From IMG/VR virus record IMGVR_UViG_3300020037_004263: 64,000 nt of DNA; one strand, 5' to 3'. The notes below the pieces were generated by a model. The model was not told the origin of the DNA. It ran no database searches and was given only the letters and a program-made list of their open reading frames with translations. The stretch's first letter is position 1; the number at the start of each line of letters is the position of its first letter. Below are positions 26,901 through 35,898 of the stretch, piece after piece. Source of the stretch: an uncultured virus (IMG/VR IMGVR_UViG_3300020037_004263) (Duplodnaviria; Heunggongvirae; Uroviricota; Caudoviricetes). A program made the translations under genes and the position numbers.

Positions 26901-27863
26901 GGGCCGACTGCCGGCTCGCTGTATCTCCGGGTCCAGACCCTGGTAAGCGGGGGCGTTGGCGGCCTGAGATTCACGTTTCGCAATTCGTCCAACGTGACCA
27001 TCTGCCAATTCGACCTGGCGGCGCAATTCACGGTTGGTCAGGACTACGACGTTCAGGCGACGGCGGATCTCACTCAGCCCAACAGCACCGCCGGTCTGCG
27101 GGCCTTTATAGGCAGTTCGGCCGCCACGATTTCCGTTCTGACCTTCACGTCTGGCGCCACCATCGCCTTCAGCGGAGCCGCCGTCTACAAGTTCGGGAAC
27201 CTCAACCTCAACGCCGGTTTCGGGATGCTCTACCTGAGCAATCGTTGGGTCGATATCACCGATCCCGATATCCGCGAGCGGTTCACCAATGGACGCCGTC
27301 TCGGGCCGAACGGCGAGAACGTCGATGGCACGGCTCCGGCGATCCTGCTCCTTGGAACCGAGGCGCAATGGGAGGCCGGCGGCGGGATCAACCGCGGCAC
27401 ATCGGCCATGAAGTTCGTCCCGCAGGGCGGCACTGATGTGACGCCGGTTGCCGGTACGGTGACGACCTGGCCGTACTACACCTACGCAACAGCGCTAACC
27501 ATCACCTCGCCGGCCGATATCGAGCTCGGAAACTCGGCGGCCTTTACGGTCGCGACCGACGGGGCGACGGCCAACAACATCAGTGTCACCGTCAACGATG
27601 GAGCCCAAAGCGGGACATTCAACCCGGCGTCGCCGATCGTTCTGGTCAACGCCGACGCTCCTAGCCTGAGCTTCAGCTACACCCCTGCCCTGGGCGGCAA
27701 CAAGACGATCGCTGCCAGCGCGTCGGGATTGACCGGGGCTTCCGACGTCCTCGGGGTGACGCTGCCGCCGGTGGCCGTCACCTACACGTTCGACCTGACC
27801 GTAACGGATACCTATTCAGGACTTCCGACTGTCGTCCAGCGCAGTTTGACGGTGAACCCGTAA
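23976..27863 (+). CDS. Tailspike or polysaccharide depolymerase-like protein (parallel beta-helix plus lectin/Ig-like domains)
   Basis: RYVDPAGGSDAAAGTSKAAAW entry motif; Asn-ladder repeats (NNEIK, RNYIHD, NNTIQYN); 1295 aa. Confidence 0.75.
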   Translation: MTDMLDPLLAYRDRFAAVGEAPIDLTDLVPESFLTPTSWAITAGNAAGDWTLSGSTIDFSVAGAAADMPNSPYTLTIQATWASLPAAYQTASTTVTVICPADTRYVDPAGGSDAAAGTSKAAAWTHATGDPNATGNAASFSPSVLTLISIKGGTTQIRSNYVAPSNNNIVYASSIGWGTGRAILSGLDLLPAGTAASSGEAFANPFLASINKYSLGYAWQSGQYLVDNGQLIFPAQWPASGTDPLLDSQDPNRQLTGGMYRYPATEVINFGTASTTITGTAAAAILAAFPTGKSTVGYVVWHWVVPNEVQPFVITAHNVATGQITFDTSSEATTSNLQFGTSATPAQPANGDSVVAAGKTYTFKTVLDTGDGTILIGATVADTIGNFVAAVNLAAGAGTKYGSATTINPSLSASVNGTYRALMQIKVTGTSLNSVALSIGVGTILTWSIATMVSGVQEVNGTTAFQIVGHPWSIGAANQFAGKPGDTYVLAWLSDGVAPEILTRKIGITANSPSSLGAYGLLIQGYYNDTASAEGAGISVSRSSNFTYNFANNEIKWLVNHATKSGGIRTVGSGTATSNRLDRNYIHDSVRASGIRYSCAQTDGIQAVKNRVERLTRTGIYIVNMKNSLVQGNKLVYIISAHGNGFTFYRTGVYVPDNNTIQYNYTENVIRPLTKDAHANSLFTGNIFESDELNNDPVRAYGSYSTDVWSRNMCMRYRNSALTGTYSMNFGLGGGGACPYSNNVIDGVVLQSPYAAVGTANLITNAVAGTGADDALVNGISDQIGGLGSDNVYSPYLWDGTITAPMKNQLGVGRIGNQLIYSIASVFFPPLANQTVSTLVTSAMALVDTPDATRPISVSGAGSPQWRQADYPGGGNPTAWTSSSGTIDTTKYLQVRQTTSASNETEQTASIDLGDGNVSTWTATTLKAKDVPWVAINTSDTWNTTSQGIAADSQLLTIALKFNFSAAPGSAALIFGPTAGSLYLRVQTLVSGGVGGLRFTFRNSSNVTICQFDLAAQFTVGQDYDVQATADLTQPNSTAGLRAFIGSSAATISVLTFTSGATIAFSGAAVYKFGNLNLNAGFGMLYLSNRWVDITDPDIRERFTNGRRLGPNGENVDGTAPAILLLGTEAQWEAGGGINRGTSAMKFVPQGGTDVTPVAGTVTTWPYYTYATALTITSPADIELGNSAAFTVATDGATANNISVTVNDGAQSGTFNPASPIVLVNADAPSLSFSYTPALGGNKTIAASASGLTGASDVLGVTLPPVAVTYTFDLTVTDTYSGLPTVVQRSLTVNP

Positions 27864-27881
27864 ACGCCAGCGAGCCAAGGG

Positions 27882-27910
27882 TTGCCGCGCTCTTTCTATT
27901 TTGGTAAGGT
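27882..27910 (+). promoter_or_regulatory. Sigma70-like promoter
   Basis: TTGCCG-N17-TAAGGT in an intergenic gap. Confidence 0.5.
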
Positions 27911-27974
27911 TCCAGTGCCAGAGACGCGCGCCCAATGAGCGGCGCGCTGCTGCATCACCAGAGGCAGCATCCGC

Positions 27975-28958
27975 ATGGCGTTCAGCAACACCTTCGCGAC
28001 ATCGTTCAGTACGAGAAAGCTGGTTGACCGCGCGTTTGGTCGGTGCCGGATCAAGCCGGAAATGATCTCTGCCGAATACCTCGACATCGCCAGCGACAAC
28101 CTGTTCCTGATCTTCAACGATCTGTCGAATCAGGGTGTTTTGCTGTGGGCGCTCGACAAGGTCATCATGCCTTTGTACGACGGTGTCGGCGATGTGAGTC
28201 TGGCCGCCAACACCGTAGACGTCCTGAACGGCAATCTCCGGTGGCTGCAGGAGGTCAGCGGGTCGAGCACGGACAACAGCACCAGTCGGGTCATCGACTT
28301 CTCCAGCGACACGTTCGTCAGCTCGGTCGGCGTCTTGTGGAGCGCGGCCAGCGTGCCGATCAGCCTGAGTCGCAGCGACGACGGCGTGACATGGGAAGTC
28401 GTCCAGACCGAAAACCCCAGCGCTGCGGCAGGCGAGTGGACGTGGTTCGACCTGGCTTCCGACGTGGCCTCGCGCTACTTCCGGGTGCTCGCGACATCGG
28501 GCACGCTTGGTTTCTCGCAGATATACACGGGCAACACGCCGACCGAGATACCGCTGTCGCGGCTCAACCGCGACGACTACACGAACCTGCCGAACAAGGT
28601 GTTCCAGTCGAATCGGCCGTTGCAATACTGGTTCGACCGGCAGATTCCCCAACCGATCATGCACCTTTGGCCGATCCCCAACGATGCCGCGACGGTGATG
28701 CAGCTGGTGCTGTGGACGTCACGCCGGATGATGGACGTCGGGTCGATGACACAGGAGATCGAGGCGCCGCAGCGTTGGCTGCAGGCCATGACGTCGATGC
28801 TCGCTTCCCGCCTCGCGCTGGAGATCGCCGAAGTCGATCCCGGCCTGTACCCGTTGCTTAAAGGCGTCGCCGACGAGGACCTGTACAAGGCCCAGATCGA
28901 GGAGCGCGATAACAGTCCCTTCAACCTGACGCCCGGCGTATCGGTCTACACACGATGA
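27975..28958 (+). CDS. Head-tail adaptor or tail tubular protein with an inserted discoidin-like domain
   Basis: AFGRCRI...LSNQGVLLW, LNRDDYTNLPNK...RPLQYWFDR...LWPIP; central SDDGVTW...SRYFRV segment. Confidence 0.65.
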   Translation: MAFSNTFATSFSTRKLVDRAFGRCRIKPEMISAEYLDIASDNLFLIFNDLSNQGVLLWALDKVIMPLYDGVGDVSLAANTVDVLNGNLRWLQEVSGSSTDNSTSRVIDFSSDTFVSSVGVLWSAASVPISLSRSDDGVTWEVVQTENPSAAAGEWTWFDLASDVASRYFRVLATSGTLGFSQIYTGNTPTEIPLSRLNRDDYTNLPNKVFQSNRPLQYWFDRQIPQPIMHLWPIPNDAATVMQLVLWTSRRMMDVGSMTQEIEAPQRWLQAMTSMLASRLALEIAEVDPGLYPLLKGVADEDLYKAQIEERDNSPFNLTPGVSVYTR

Positions 28959-29257
28959 GCATCTATCTCGACACGCGCGGCCTAGGGTCCTTGGCCATAG
29001 CAATTTGCGACCGGTGCAACATCAAGTACCCGATCGAGGAACTTCGTCCGGATCCTAATTCGCCGGGGTTGCGTTGCTGCCCGGCCGACGTGGATCTCTA
29101 CGACCCCCACCGGCTCCCGGCGCGACAGACGGAGAACATCACCTTGCGGCACCCTCGTCCCGACGTTCCGCTCGTGACCCGGCCTTACGGCCTGATCACC
29201 GAGGATGGAAACAGCTTTATCATCACCGAGGACGGTGACGAGTTTCTGGTGCCGTGA
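28955..29257 (+). CDS. Conserved phage protein with an AICDRC motif
   Basis: AICDRC...LRHPRPD; ATGA coupling. Confidence 0.7.
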   Translation: MSIYLDTRGLGSLAIAICDRCNIKYPIEELRPDPNSPGLRCCPADVDLYDPHRLPARQTENITLRHPRPDVPLVTRPYGLITEDGNSFIITEDGDEFLVP

Positions 29258-30687
29258 GCGTACCCTCGAACCTCATCCAGGCGCGGGTCACCGACCTTCC
29301 GATGTATATCGGATCCGACACGTCGGGCTCGATCTTCTACGTCCTTGGCGGGCGATCCTACCAAACGCAGCTTTCCACGCTGTTCGCGGGCTCCACCGGA
29401 ACAGTAACGAGTGTCGACGCCTCGGGCGGGACGACGGGCCTCAACTTCTCCGGCGGCCCGATCACGACCAACGGCTCCTTGGTCCTCGGCGGCACGCTGG
29501 CCTTGACGGCAGGCGGCACGGGGGGCACGTCGGCCTTCGCGGCGCGGGTCAACATCCTGCCGAGCCTGACCGGCAACGCGGGCAAGGTTCTGGCGGTCAA
29601 TGCCGGCGCGACTGACGTCGAGTACATCACCGTCGCCGGCACCGGCACCGTGACCAGCATCGACGCCTCGGGCGGGACCACCGGTCTTTCGTTCTCGGGT
29701 GGCCCGGTCACGGCTGCGGGCACCTTGACCCTTTCCGGCACGCTGGCCGTCGCGCACGGCGGCACCGGCCTGACTGCGCTCGGCACCGGCATCACGACAT
29801 GGCTCGGCACCCCCTCAAGCGCCAACCTTGCGGCCGCGGTCACCGACGAGACCGGCACCGGGTCACTGGTTTTCGCAACATCCCCGACGCTGGTGACGCC
29901 GGTCCTCGGCACACCGTCCTCGGTCACCCTGACGAATGCGACCGATCTGCCCATCACGACCGGCGTCTCAGGGCTTGGCACCGGCGTCGCCACGTTCCTC
30001 GCGACGCCGTCGAGCGCCAATCTGGCGAGCATGGTGACAGGGGAAACCGGGAGCGGCGCGCTCGTGTTCGCGACATCCCCGACGCTGGTAACGCCGGCAC
30101 TGGGGACGCCTTCCGCCGTTGTCCTGTCCAACGGCACGGGTCTACCCTTGACGACGGGCGTCACGGGCAACCTGCCGGTAGCCAACCTCAACTCCGGGGC
30201 CGGAGCATCTTCGAGCTCCTTCTGGAGAGGTGACGGAACGTGGGCTCCTCCAGCTTTGGCGCTGACGCTCATCGACACGAAGGCCACCACGTCCGGCACG
30301 TCGTGGACGTTCAGTTCCATCCCGACGACGTACACCAATCTGCTACTGGTGTTCGAGGGCGTCAGCCACAACGACGGATCGTCGCAGAACATCCTTTACG
30401 AGCTATCGGATAACAACGGCACGAACTGGACCACGGCGGCGAATCTGCTGAACGCCGCGCCAACCGACACCGTCTACGGCGCGGTCAGCATCCCCGGCTA
30501 CCTGCTGGCTGCGGGGCAACTGGTGTCGAGCATACGCAATCTGGCGGCGAACCGCACGACGGTAACCACGACAACGACAGGTCTGGTCACTGCGTCGTGG
30601 CGCATCGCGGCCGGGATCAATGCCATCAGGATCAGCCTCGCCGCGGGCTCGGGAGATGCCGGCGCGTTGAAGCTCTACGGGGTGTAG
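29254..30687 (+). CDS. Tail fibre protein with internal repeats
   Basis: Two [19 protein letters not shown] units and two [37 protein letters not shown] units. Confidence 0.75.
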   Translation: MSVPSNLIQARVTDLPMYIGSDTSGSIFYVLGGRSYQTQLSTLFAGSTGTVTSVDASGGTTGLNFSGGPITTNGSLVLGGTLALTAGGTGGTSAFAARVNILPSLTGNAGKVLAVNAGATDVEYITVAGTGTVTSIDASGGTTGLSFSGGPVTAAGTLTLSGTLAVAHGGTGLTALGTGITTWLGTPSSANLAAAVTDETGTGSLVFATSPTLVTPVLGTPSSVTLTNATDLPITTGVSGLGTGVATFLATPSSANLASMVTGETGSGALVFATSPTLVTPALGTPSAVVLSNGTGLPLTTGVTGNLPVANLNSGAGASSSSFWRGDGTWAPPALALTLIDTKATTSGTSWTFSSIPTTYTNLLLVFEGVSHNDGSSQNILYELSDNNGTNWTTAANLLNAAPTDTVYGAVSIPGYLLAAGQLVSSIRNLAANRTTVTTTTTGLVTASWRIAAGINAIRISLAAGSGDAGALKLYGV

Positions 30688-30721
30688 CCGTGTCGATCGC
30701 CGCGCCCGTCAACCGGAGGGT

Positions 30722-30859
30722 ATGTCCGTGAAAAAGAACTGCAAGCCTCCCGCCAAACCGAAACCGTTCAAGGCCGGCGGCCCGATCAAGAAGCCGGCGC
30801 AGGGCGGCGGCAACGGCAACGGTCCGCCGCCTGCGCCGCCGAAGATGACGAGGTGGTGA
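30722..30859 (+). CDS. Small Lys/Pro-rich protein
   Basis: Manual ORF MSVKKNCKPPAKPKPFKAGGPIKK...; GGAGG RBS. Confidence 0.55.
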   Translation: MSVKKNCKPPAKPKPFKAGGPIKKPAQGGGNGNGPPPAPPKMTRW

Positions 30860-31257
30860 TGCACTGGACCTTGCTCGTGATGTGCGGCCTCGTCGTCTGG
30901 GCGATGAGCGGAGCGCTATGGCGTCCGGGGTCTCTGGCACTGGCAGCGTCCTGGTTCGTTGGACAGCTGTGGTTCGCCTACACCGGCAACAGCACGCCGA
31001 TCGGTCTGTATCTTCTGCTCGACCCGATGGTCCTTCTGGCTGTCTGGTTTTATCGGGCATCGATATTGGACTGGGTCATTATCGGTATATTTCCGTTGGA
31101 GTGGGCGATCTACGCAACGACGGAAGGAATAGAACAATGGTTTTGGCTCTGGTACTTAGCAGGTGCGCAGATGTTATGCGCCGGGCCTTGGGTGCAGATC
31201 CAGCGCGCAAGCACGTCCGTCAGTCATGGCCCGCTTCGGGCCGGGGGCACACGATGA
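30859..31257 (+). CDS. Multi-pass membrane protein
   Basis: Several hydrophobic helices; upstream of the lysis genes. Confidence 0.7.
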   Translation: MHWTLLVMCGLVVWAMSGALWRPGSLALAASWFVGQLWFAYTGNSTPIGLYLLLDPMVLLAVWFYRASILDWVIIGIFPLEWAIYATTEGIEQWFWLWYLAGAQMLCAGPWVQIQRASTSVSHGPLRAGGTR

Positions 31258-31266
31258 GGGCAGACG

Positions 31267-31467
31267 ATGTTACCATCACTCGATCTGGGCGCTTTGACGA
31301 TCCCGATTTTCGCCGGGATTTTCACGGCAGGCTGGGCAACATGTGTTCGTGTTCTCGTGCTCCCAATGAGAGAGCGGATGAAGGACATGGAGGCGAAACT
31401 CGACCAGATCGAGCAGGACAGGGCGATTCGTTTGGCGGTGCTCGAAGGGCGGAGGCCCGATCGATGA
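31267..31467 (+). CDS. Single-TM coiled-coil protein (lysis cassette)
   Basis: One TM helix followed by a charged helix. Confidence 0.6.
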   Translation: MLPSLDLGALTIPIFAGIFTAGWATCVRVLVLPMRERMKDMEAKLDQIEQDRAIRLAVLEGRRPDR

Positions 31468-31599
31468 GGCGGCTGATCGAGAAGTTTACTGGCTTCGGCC
31501 TGTGTTCGCGGGCGGACCAGCTGGAGACGCGCATGGAACGGCTCGCGGTGAAACTCACGCACTGGCCGTTCTAGGCAAGAGAGGAGGTAGCAGGGGGCA

Positions 31600-31908
31600 A
31601 TGCGACTGATCGACAACTGGCGAATCTACGCCTTTCACTCACTGGTCGCCTGGGCCTCCGGCGCGATCGGTGCTGTGCTGGCGTTGGTGTTCGCCAACTA
31701 CGGCATATTCTTCGCCGTGATCCCGTTCCTACCCACGACGATTCAACTCCCGGCCGCAGCGCTGTGCGGTGGTGTCGCTTTGTGGGGCGCGATCACGGGT
31801 TCACGTCTGATCGAACAGCCGAAACTGGCGGCCAAGGTCGCTGAGAAGGTCGCTGAGAAGGTCGAAGAGAAACAGCAGGAGGCGGCTGATGCCAATCTCG
31901 CCGCTTGA
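31600..31908 (+). CDS. Putative holin
   Basis: MRLIDNWR N-terminus, two TM helices, charged C-terminus, overlaps the endolysin gene. Confidence 0.65.
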   Translation: MRLIDNWRIYAFHSLVAWASGAIGAVLALVFANYGIFFAVIPFLPTTIQLPAAALCGGVALWGAITGSRLIEQPKLAAKVAEKVAEKVEEKQQEAADANLAA

Positions 31909-32422
31909 AGCCATGCGCCAGCGCAACGCGGCTAACGGACTGCCCGCCAAGCTCACGGCAGGGCAGAAGGGCGGGCTGGTTGCTACCGTCGGCGCTACTG
32001 CCGCAGCGGCGCTCATCGCACTCGTCGGGCGGTGGGAGGGCGAGCGAAACGATCCATACCAAGACATCGTCGGCGTCTGGACTGTGTGTTACGGTGAGAC
32101 GCGCGTGGAAATGCGCCGCTATTCCGACGCCGAGTGCAAGGCGATGCTGGCCGACGGGACCAACGACTTCGCTAAGCCGGTGCTGGTGCGCAATCCCGAA
32201 CTCAAGGATCGCCCCAACCAGCTCGTCGCGGCGGTCTCGTTGGCGTACAATATCGGCGCGCGCAACTACATTCGATCGACTGTAGCGAAGCGGTTCGCTG
32301 CGGGGGATTACAAAGGCGCGTGCGACGCCTTTTTGCTGTGGAACCGAGCCGGGGGGCGCGTCGTCAAAGGTCTCGACAATCGTCGGCGCCAGGAGCGACA
32401 GATTTGCCTGAAAGGACTGTGA
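31889..32422 (+). CDS. Endolysin, GH24 lysozyme, probably SAR type
   Basis: WEG...YQDIVGVWTVCYGET (E-8x-D-5x-T), AYNIG, GLDNRR; Gly/Ala-rich N-terminal anchor. Confidence 0.92.
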   Translation: MPISPLEAMRQRNAANGLPAKLTAGQKGGLVATVGATAAAALIALVGRWEGERNDPYQDIVGVWTVCYGETRVEMRRYSDAECKAMLADGTNDFAKPVLVRNPELKDRPNQLVAAVSLAYNIGARNYIRSTVAKRFAAGDYKGACDAFLLWNRAGGRVVKGLDNRRRQERQICLKGL

Positions 32423-32423
32423 C

Positions 32424-32585
32424 ATGATCGAATTGATCATTGCTCTGCTCGTACTGGGCCTCGTGCTCTATCTGGTGAGCCTCGTGCCGATCGACGCGCG
32501 GATCAAGATGGCGATCTACGCCATCGCGCTCATCTTCGCCGTGATTTACATTCTTCGCCGTTTGCCAGCGCTTGGCATCCTCTGA
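32424..32585 (+). CDS. Small two-TM membrane protein
   Basis: Manual ORF MIELIIALLVLGLVLYLVSLVPIDARIKMAIYAIALIFAVIYILRR...; AAAGGA RBS. Confidence 0.7.
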   Translation: MIELIIALLVLGLVLYLVSLVPIDARIKMAIYAIALIFAVIYILRRLPALGIL

Positions 32586-33145
32586 TGGCGTATGAGGCTC
32601 TGAAGTGGCCGGGCTGGCGCGGAGGGGTGGCGGTAGCCATCGCTCTGGCGCTGGCCCTCGCCCTCTGGAGCCGTGCCAGTTGGAGAGAGGAAGCGGGCAA
32701 GTGGAAGAAAACCGCAGGTGTCTGGGAAATGGCCTTCGACACGCAGAAGTCGGCCTATCAGGCGGCACAGGCTGCTGCTCGCGCGAAGGCCGAAGCTCAG
32801 AAAGCCAAGGATGAAGTGCGCTATCGTGAACTTGCCGAGAGGGCAGACCATGTCGACCAGCAGATTGCCGACCTTCGCGCTGCTTCTCAGCGCTATGCTC
32901 AGTCTCACAGCCTGCGCAACATCAAAGCCCGTACCGCTGATGGTGCTGCCGGACGAGCCGGTAGCTCCGGCTCAAGTGGTGCTGCCTCGGGCGGTGACCG
33001 ACCCGGTGCCGATACCGACGTGGTTGTCCCAAGGGCTGACTTCGACAAGCTCGTCGACAACACGATCCGTCTCAAACAGGTGAACGAGTGGGGCCAGTCG
33101 TTGATCGCTGACGGCAAGGCCGTCGCGCTGGAAGGAGACCGCTAG
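32585..33145 (+). CDS. Rz: Inner-membrane spanin (Rz-like)
   Basis: N-terminal TM helix, Ala-rich coiled coil, follows the endolysin, contains a nested lipoprotein ORF. Confidence 0.75.
   Translation: MAYEALKWPGWRGGVAVAIALALALALWSRASWREEAGKWKKTAGVWEMAFDTQKSAYQAAQAAARAKAEAQKAKDEVRYRELAERADHVDQQIADLRAASQRYAQSHSLRNIKARTADGAAGRAGSSGSSGAASGGDRPGADTDVVVPRADFDKLVDNTIRLKQVNEWGQSLIADGKAVALEGDR
32850..33083 (+). CDS. Rz1: Outer-membrane spanin lipoprotein (Rz1-like), nested in the +1 frame
   Basis: MSTSRLPTFALLLSAMLSLTAC lipobox, Pro-rich mature part, GAGAGGG upstream. Confidence 0.75.
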   Translation: MSTSRLPTFALLLSAMLSLTACATSKPVPLMVLPDEPVAPAQVVLPRAVTDPVPIPTWLSQGLTSTSSSTTRSVSNR

Positions 33146-33792
33146 TGCCTCAGGCGATGACATTCGACACGCTCCAAGAAGACGTGCGCCGCTATCTCGA
33201 ACGCGGCAACGTGGCCGACACGACGGTCTTCGAGCAGATCCCGCGTCTCATCAACCTTGCGGAACGCCGCATCGCCCTCGAACTCAAGATCGAGGGGTTC
33301 ATCGTCCCGGTCTCGGCCACCCTGCAAGCCGGCGTAGCGGTCTACGACAAGCCCGACCGCTGGCGCGAGACGATCTCGTTCTCGATCGGCGCCGGGGTCT
33401 CCGGGGAACAGCGCACGGTCATCTTCCCGCGCGGTTACGAGTATTGCCGGACGTTCTGGCCCGATGCCACGCAGACCGATCAGCCGCAGTTCTACGCCGA
33501 TTACGACTACAGCCACTGGCTGATCGTGCCGACGCCTGACGCCGATTACGAGGCGGAAATCCTCTACTACCAGTTGCCGCAGCTGCTGGACGACGGGGTC
33601 CAGACCAACTGGATTACCGAGTACATTCCGCAGTTGCTGCTCTACGCGACACTGCACGAAGCGGCGCCCTTCCTCAAGGAGGATACGCGCATTCCGACGT
33701 GGCAAACGCTCTACGACCGCTCGGCCGGCATGGTGAACGGCGAGGACCTGGCGCGGATGCTCGACCGCTCAGCCGTGCGCAAGACGGCATAG
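33145..33792 (+). CDS. Putative head-tail adaptor or tail protein
   Basis: IPRLINLAERRI...PTPDADY...LLLYATLHEA, typical of podoviral adaptor proteins. Confidence 0.7.
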   Translation: MPQAMTFDTLQEDVRRYLERGNVADTTVFEQIPRLINLAERRIALELKIEGFIVPVSATLQAGVAVYDKPDRWRETISFSIGAGVSGEQRTVIFPRGYEYCRTFWPDATQTDQPQFYADYDYSHWLIVPTPDADYEAEILYYQLPQLLDDGVQTNWITEYIPQLLLYATLHEAAPFLKEDTRIPTWQTLYDRSAGMVNGEDLARMLDRSAVRKTA

Positions 33793-33801
33793 GAGACGAC
33801 A

Positions 33802-35898
33802 GTGACGACATTCCAGACTGTGTTCGGCGGCACGACGATCTTTCCGTCCGACGTTACGCTGCTCGAACTCGCGCTCGACGATGACGTCACGCTCGAATGG
33901 CCGCTCGAAGCCGCCACGGGCGCGAACATCATCGCGCGGATTAACGAGATCACGCCGTCGGGCAGCTTCACCATCACGATGCCCGACGCGACGCAGACCG
34001 GCGTCGGCCAGACCATCCTGTTCAACAACCTTGGCCCCGACGATGTCACCATCGTCAAGGCCGGTGGCGGCGCGCTGCTCAGCCTCTCGGCCGGCGAAGT
34101 ATGGCAGCTCTACCTGACCGACAACACGACGACGGCGGGGTCGTGGAGCATCTTCCAGTACGGCGCTACCACGGCGCAGGCTCAGGCCGCGGCGCTCGAA
34201 GGACCGGGCATCGTCGCGATCGGCTCGGTGCTGGCGCAGGAGATGGCCGTCTCCACCATCAACACGACGCCTTATACCGCCTTGACGACCGATCGTTCGG
34301 CGGCCTTCGTGTGGATCGGATCGAGCGGGACACTGAACCTGCCGGCCGCCCAGACGGCGGGGCAAGGCTGGTTCCTCAACGTGCGCAACGGCGGCACCGG
34401 AGACTGGACGATCGACCCGTCGAGCTCGGAGACGATCAACGACAACACGACGCTCGTCCTGCAGCCTGGCGACAGCGCCGTCATCGCGACGGACGGCCTT
34501 GAATGGTGGACCATCGGCCTCGGCAAGCAGGCGGTCTTCGCTTTCGACTACACCTCGATCGATCTGACCGGCGTGACCGGCAACTACGTGCTGACCGGCG
34601 CGGAACTCAACCGCATCGCCTACAAGTTCACCGGCGCGCTGGCGGGTAACACGACCATCGTCGCGCCGCCAACCTTGCAGCAGTATTGGGTGACGAACGC
34701 GGCAACCGGGTTCACGTTGTCGCTGTCGGTCTCTGGCTCGGCCAGCCCGGTGAACATCGCGGGCGGCGGCAAAGGCATCTACTATTCCAACGGCGTGGAC
34801 ATGGTGCTGGCCAACACTGTCGCCGGCATCGCCACGCCGATCTCGGTTGCCGATGGGGGCACCGGGGCGACATCGGCGGCCAATGCGCGGACCAATCTGA
34901 GCGCGGCGGCTCAGGGTGCGAACGCCGACATAACCCGGTTGAGCGCGCTTGCGGACGGTAGCGTCAGTGCTACTGCAGCCGGTTTCAGCGGCGACGCCGG
35001 CGCCGGGCTCTACCGCCCTGCCGCGTCGCAGATCGCCCTCGCGGCAAATGCCATTCGCGCCGTGTTCGTCTCCACCGCCGCTTCGGGCAATATCGCCATC
35101 GGCCCCAGCGCCCTGGCGTCGGTGTCCTCGGCGACGGCCAAGTGTGTCGCGATCGGCGACCGTGCGGGCACGCTCTCGGTAGGCGGTACGGAGAACACCG
35201 CCATAGGGTATCTGGCCTTCAGCAAGAACGTCTCAGGCATCCGCAACACCTGCATGGGCAGTCTCGCCGGACTTGAAATGACCGGCTCGAACAACGTCTG
35301 CGTCGGCTACAACACGATCGGCACGAACCCGGCCAGCGGTAGCCAGAACACTGTCGTCGGTGCTTCGGCGAACATCACCGGCAGCGGCTCGAACAACACG
35401 CTGATCGGCTTCTCTGCGGGAGGCGTCGCGACCGGCTCAAACAACACGCTGCTCGGCAACGGTGCAACGGCGTCCGCGACATCGGTGTCAAACGAAATCA
35501 CCCTCGGCAACGGGTCCGTCAGTGTCCTGCGCTGCCAGGTCACATCGATCACGGCGCTGTCCGACGCGCGCGACAAGGACGACATCCAGACGCTGCCCGC
35601 CGGCATGGATCTGGAGTTCATCGACACCATTACCCCGCGCAGATGGAACTGGAACGCGCGCGACGGCTCCAAGGTCGGTGTGGCCGACATCGGCTTCGTC
35701 GCGCAGGAACTCAAAGAGGCGATGGCGCAGTGCGGCATCGAGGTTCCGGGCCTGATCTACGAGAGCAATCCAGATCGTCTCGAAGTCGCAGCGGGTCTGC
35801 TGCTGCCGATTGCCGTGCGGGCGATCCAGCAACTCTCGGACGCGCTCAACAACACGAACGGCCGGCTCCGGGCGCTGGAGGAATCCTTTGGCGGATGA
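33802..35898 (+). CDS. Tail fibre with a C-terminal intramolecular chaperone (peptidase S74-like)
   Basis: N..IG..A repeats; LSDARDKDDI...IGFVAQEL...AIQQL motifs. Confidence 0.8.
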   Translation: MTTFQTVFGGTTIFPSDVTLLELALDDDVTLEWPLEAATGANIIARINEITPSGSFTITMPDATQTGVGQTILFNNLGPDDVTIVKAGGGALLSLSAGEVWQLYLTDNTTTAGSWSIFQYGATTAQAQAAALEGPGIVAIGSVLAQEMAVSTINTTPYTALTTDRSAAFVWIGSSGTLNLPAAQTAGQGWFLNVRNGGTGDWTIDPSSSETINDNTTLVLQPGDSAVIATDGLEWWTIGLGKQAVFAFDYTSIDLTGVTGNYVLTGAELNRIAYKFTGALAGNTTIVAPPTLQQYWVTNAATGFTLSLSVSGSASPVNIAGGGKGIYYSNGVDMVLANTVAGIATPISVADGGTGATSAANARTNLSAAAQGANADITRLSALADGSVSATAAGFSGDAGAGLYRPAASQIALAANAIRAVFVSTAASGNIAIGPSALASVSSATAKCVAIGDRAGTLSVGGTENTAIGYLAFSKNVSGIRNTCMGSLAGLEMTGSNNVCVGYNTIGTNPASGSQNTVVGASANITGSGSNNTLIGFSAGGVATGSNNTLLGNGATASATSVSNEITLGNGSVSVLRCQVTSITALSDARDKDDIQTLPAGMDLEFIDTITPRRWNWNARDGSKVGVADIGFVAQELKEAMAQCGIEVPGLIYESNPDRLEVAAGLLLPIAVRAIQQLSDALNNTNGRLRALEESFGG

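Noticed and set aside
29254..35898. Diversity-generating retroelement acting on the tail fibres
   Set aside because: No reverse transcriptase was recognised, and the fibre repeats differ at mixed, largely synonymous positions rather than only at adenines.
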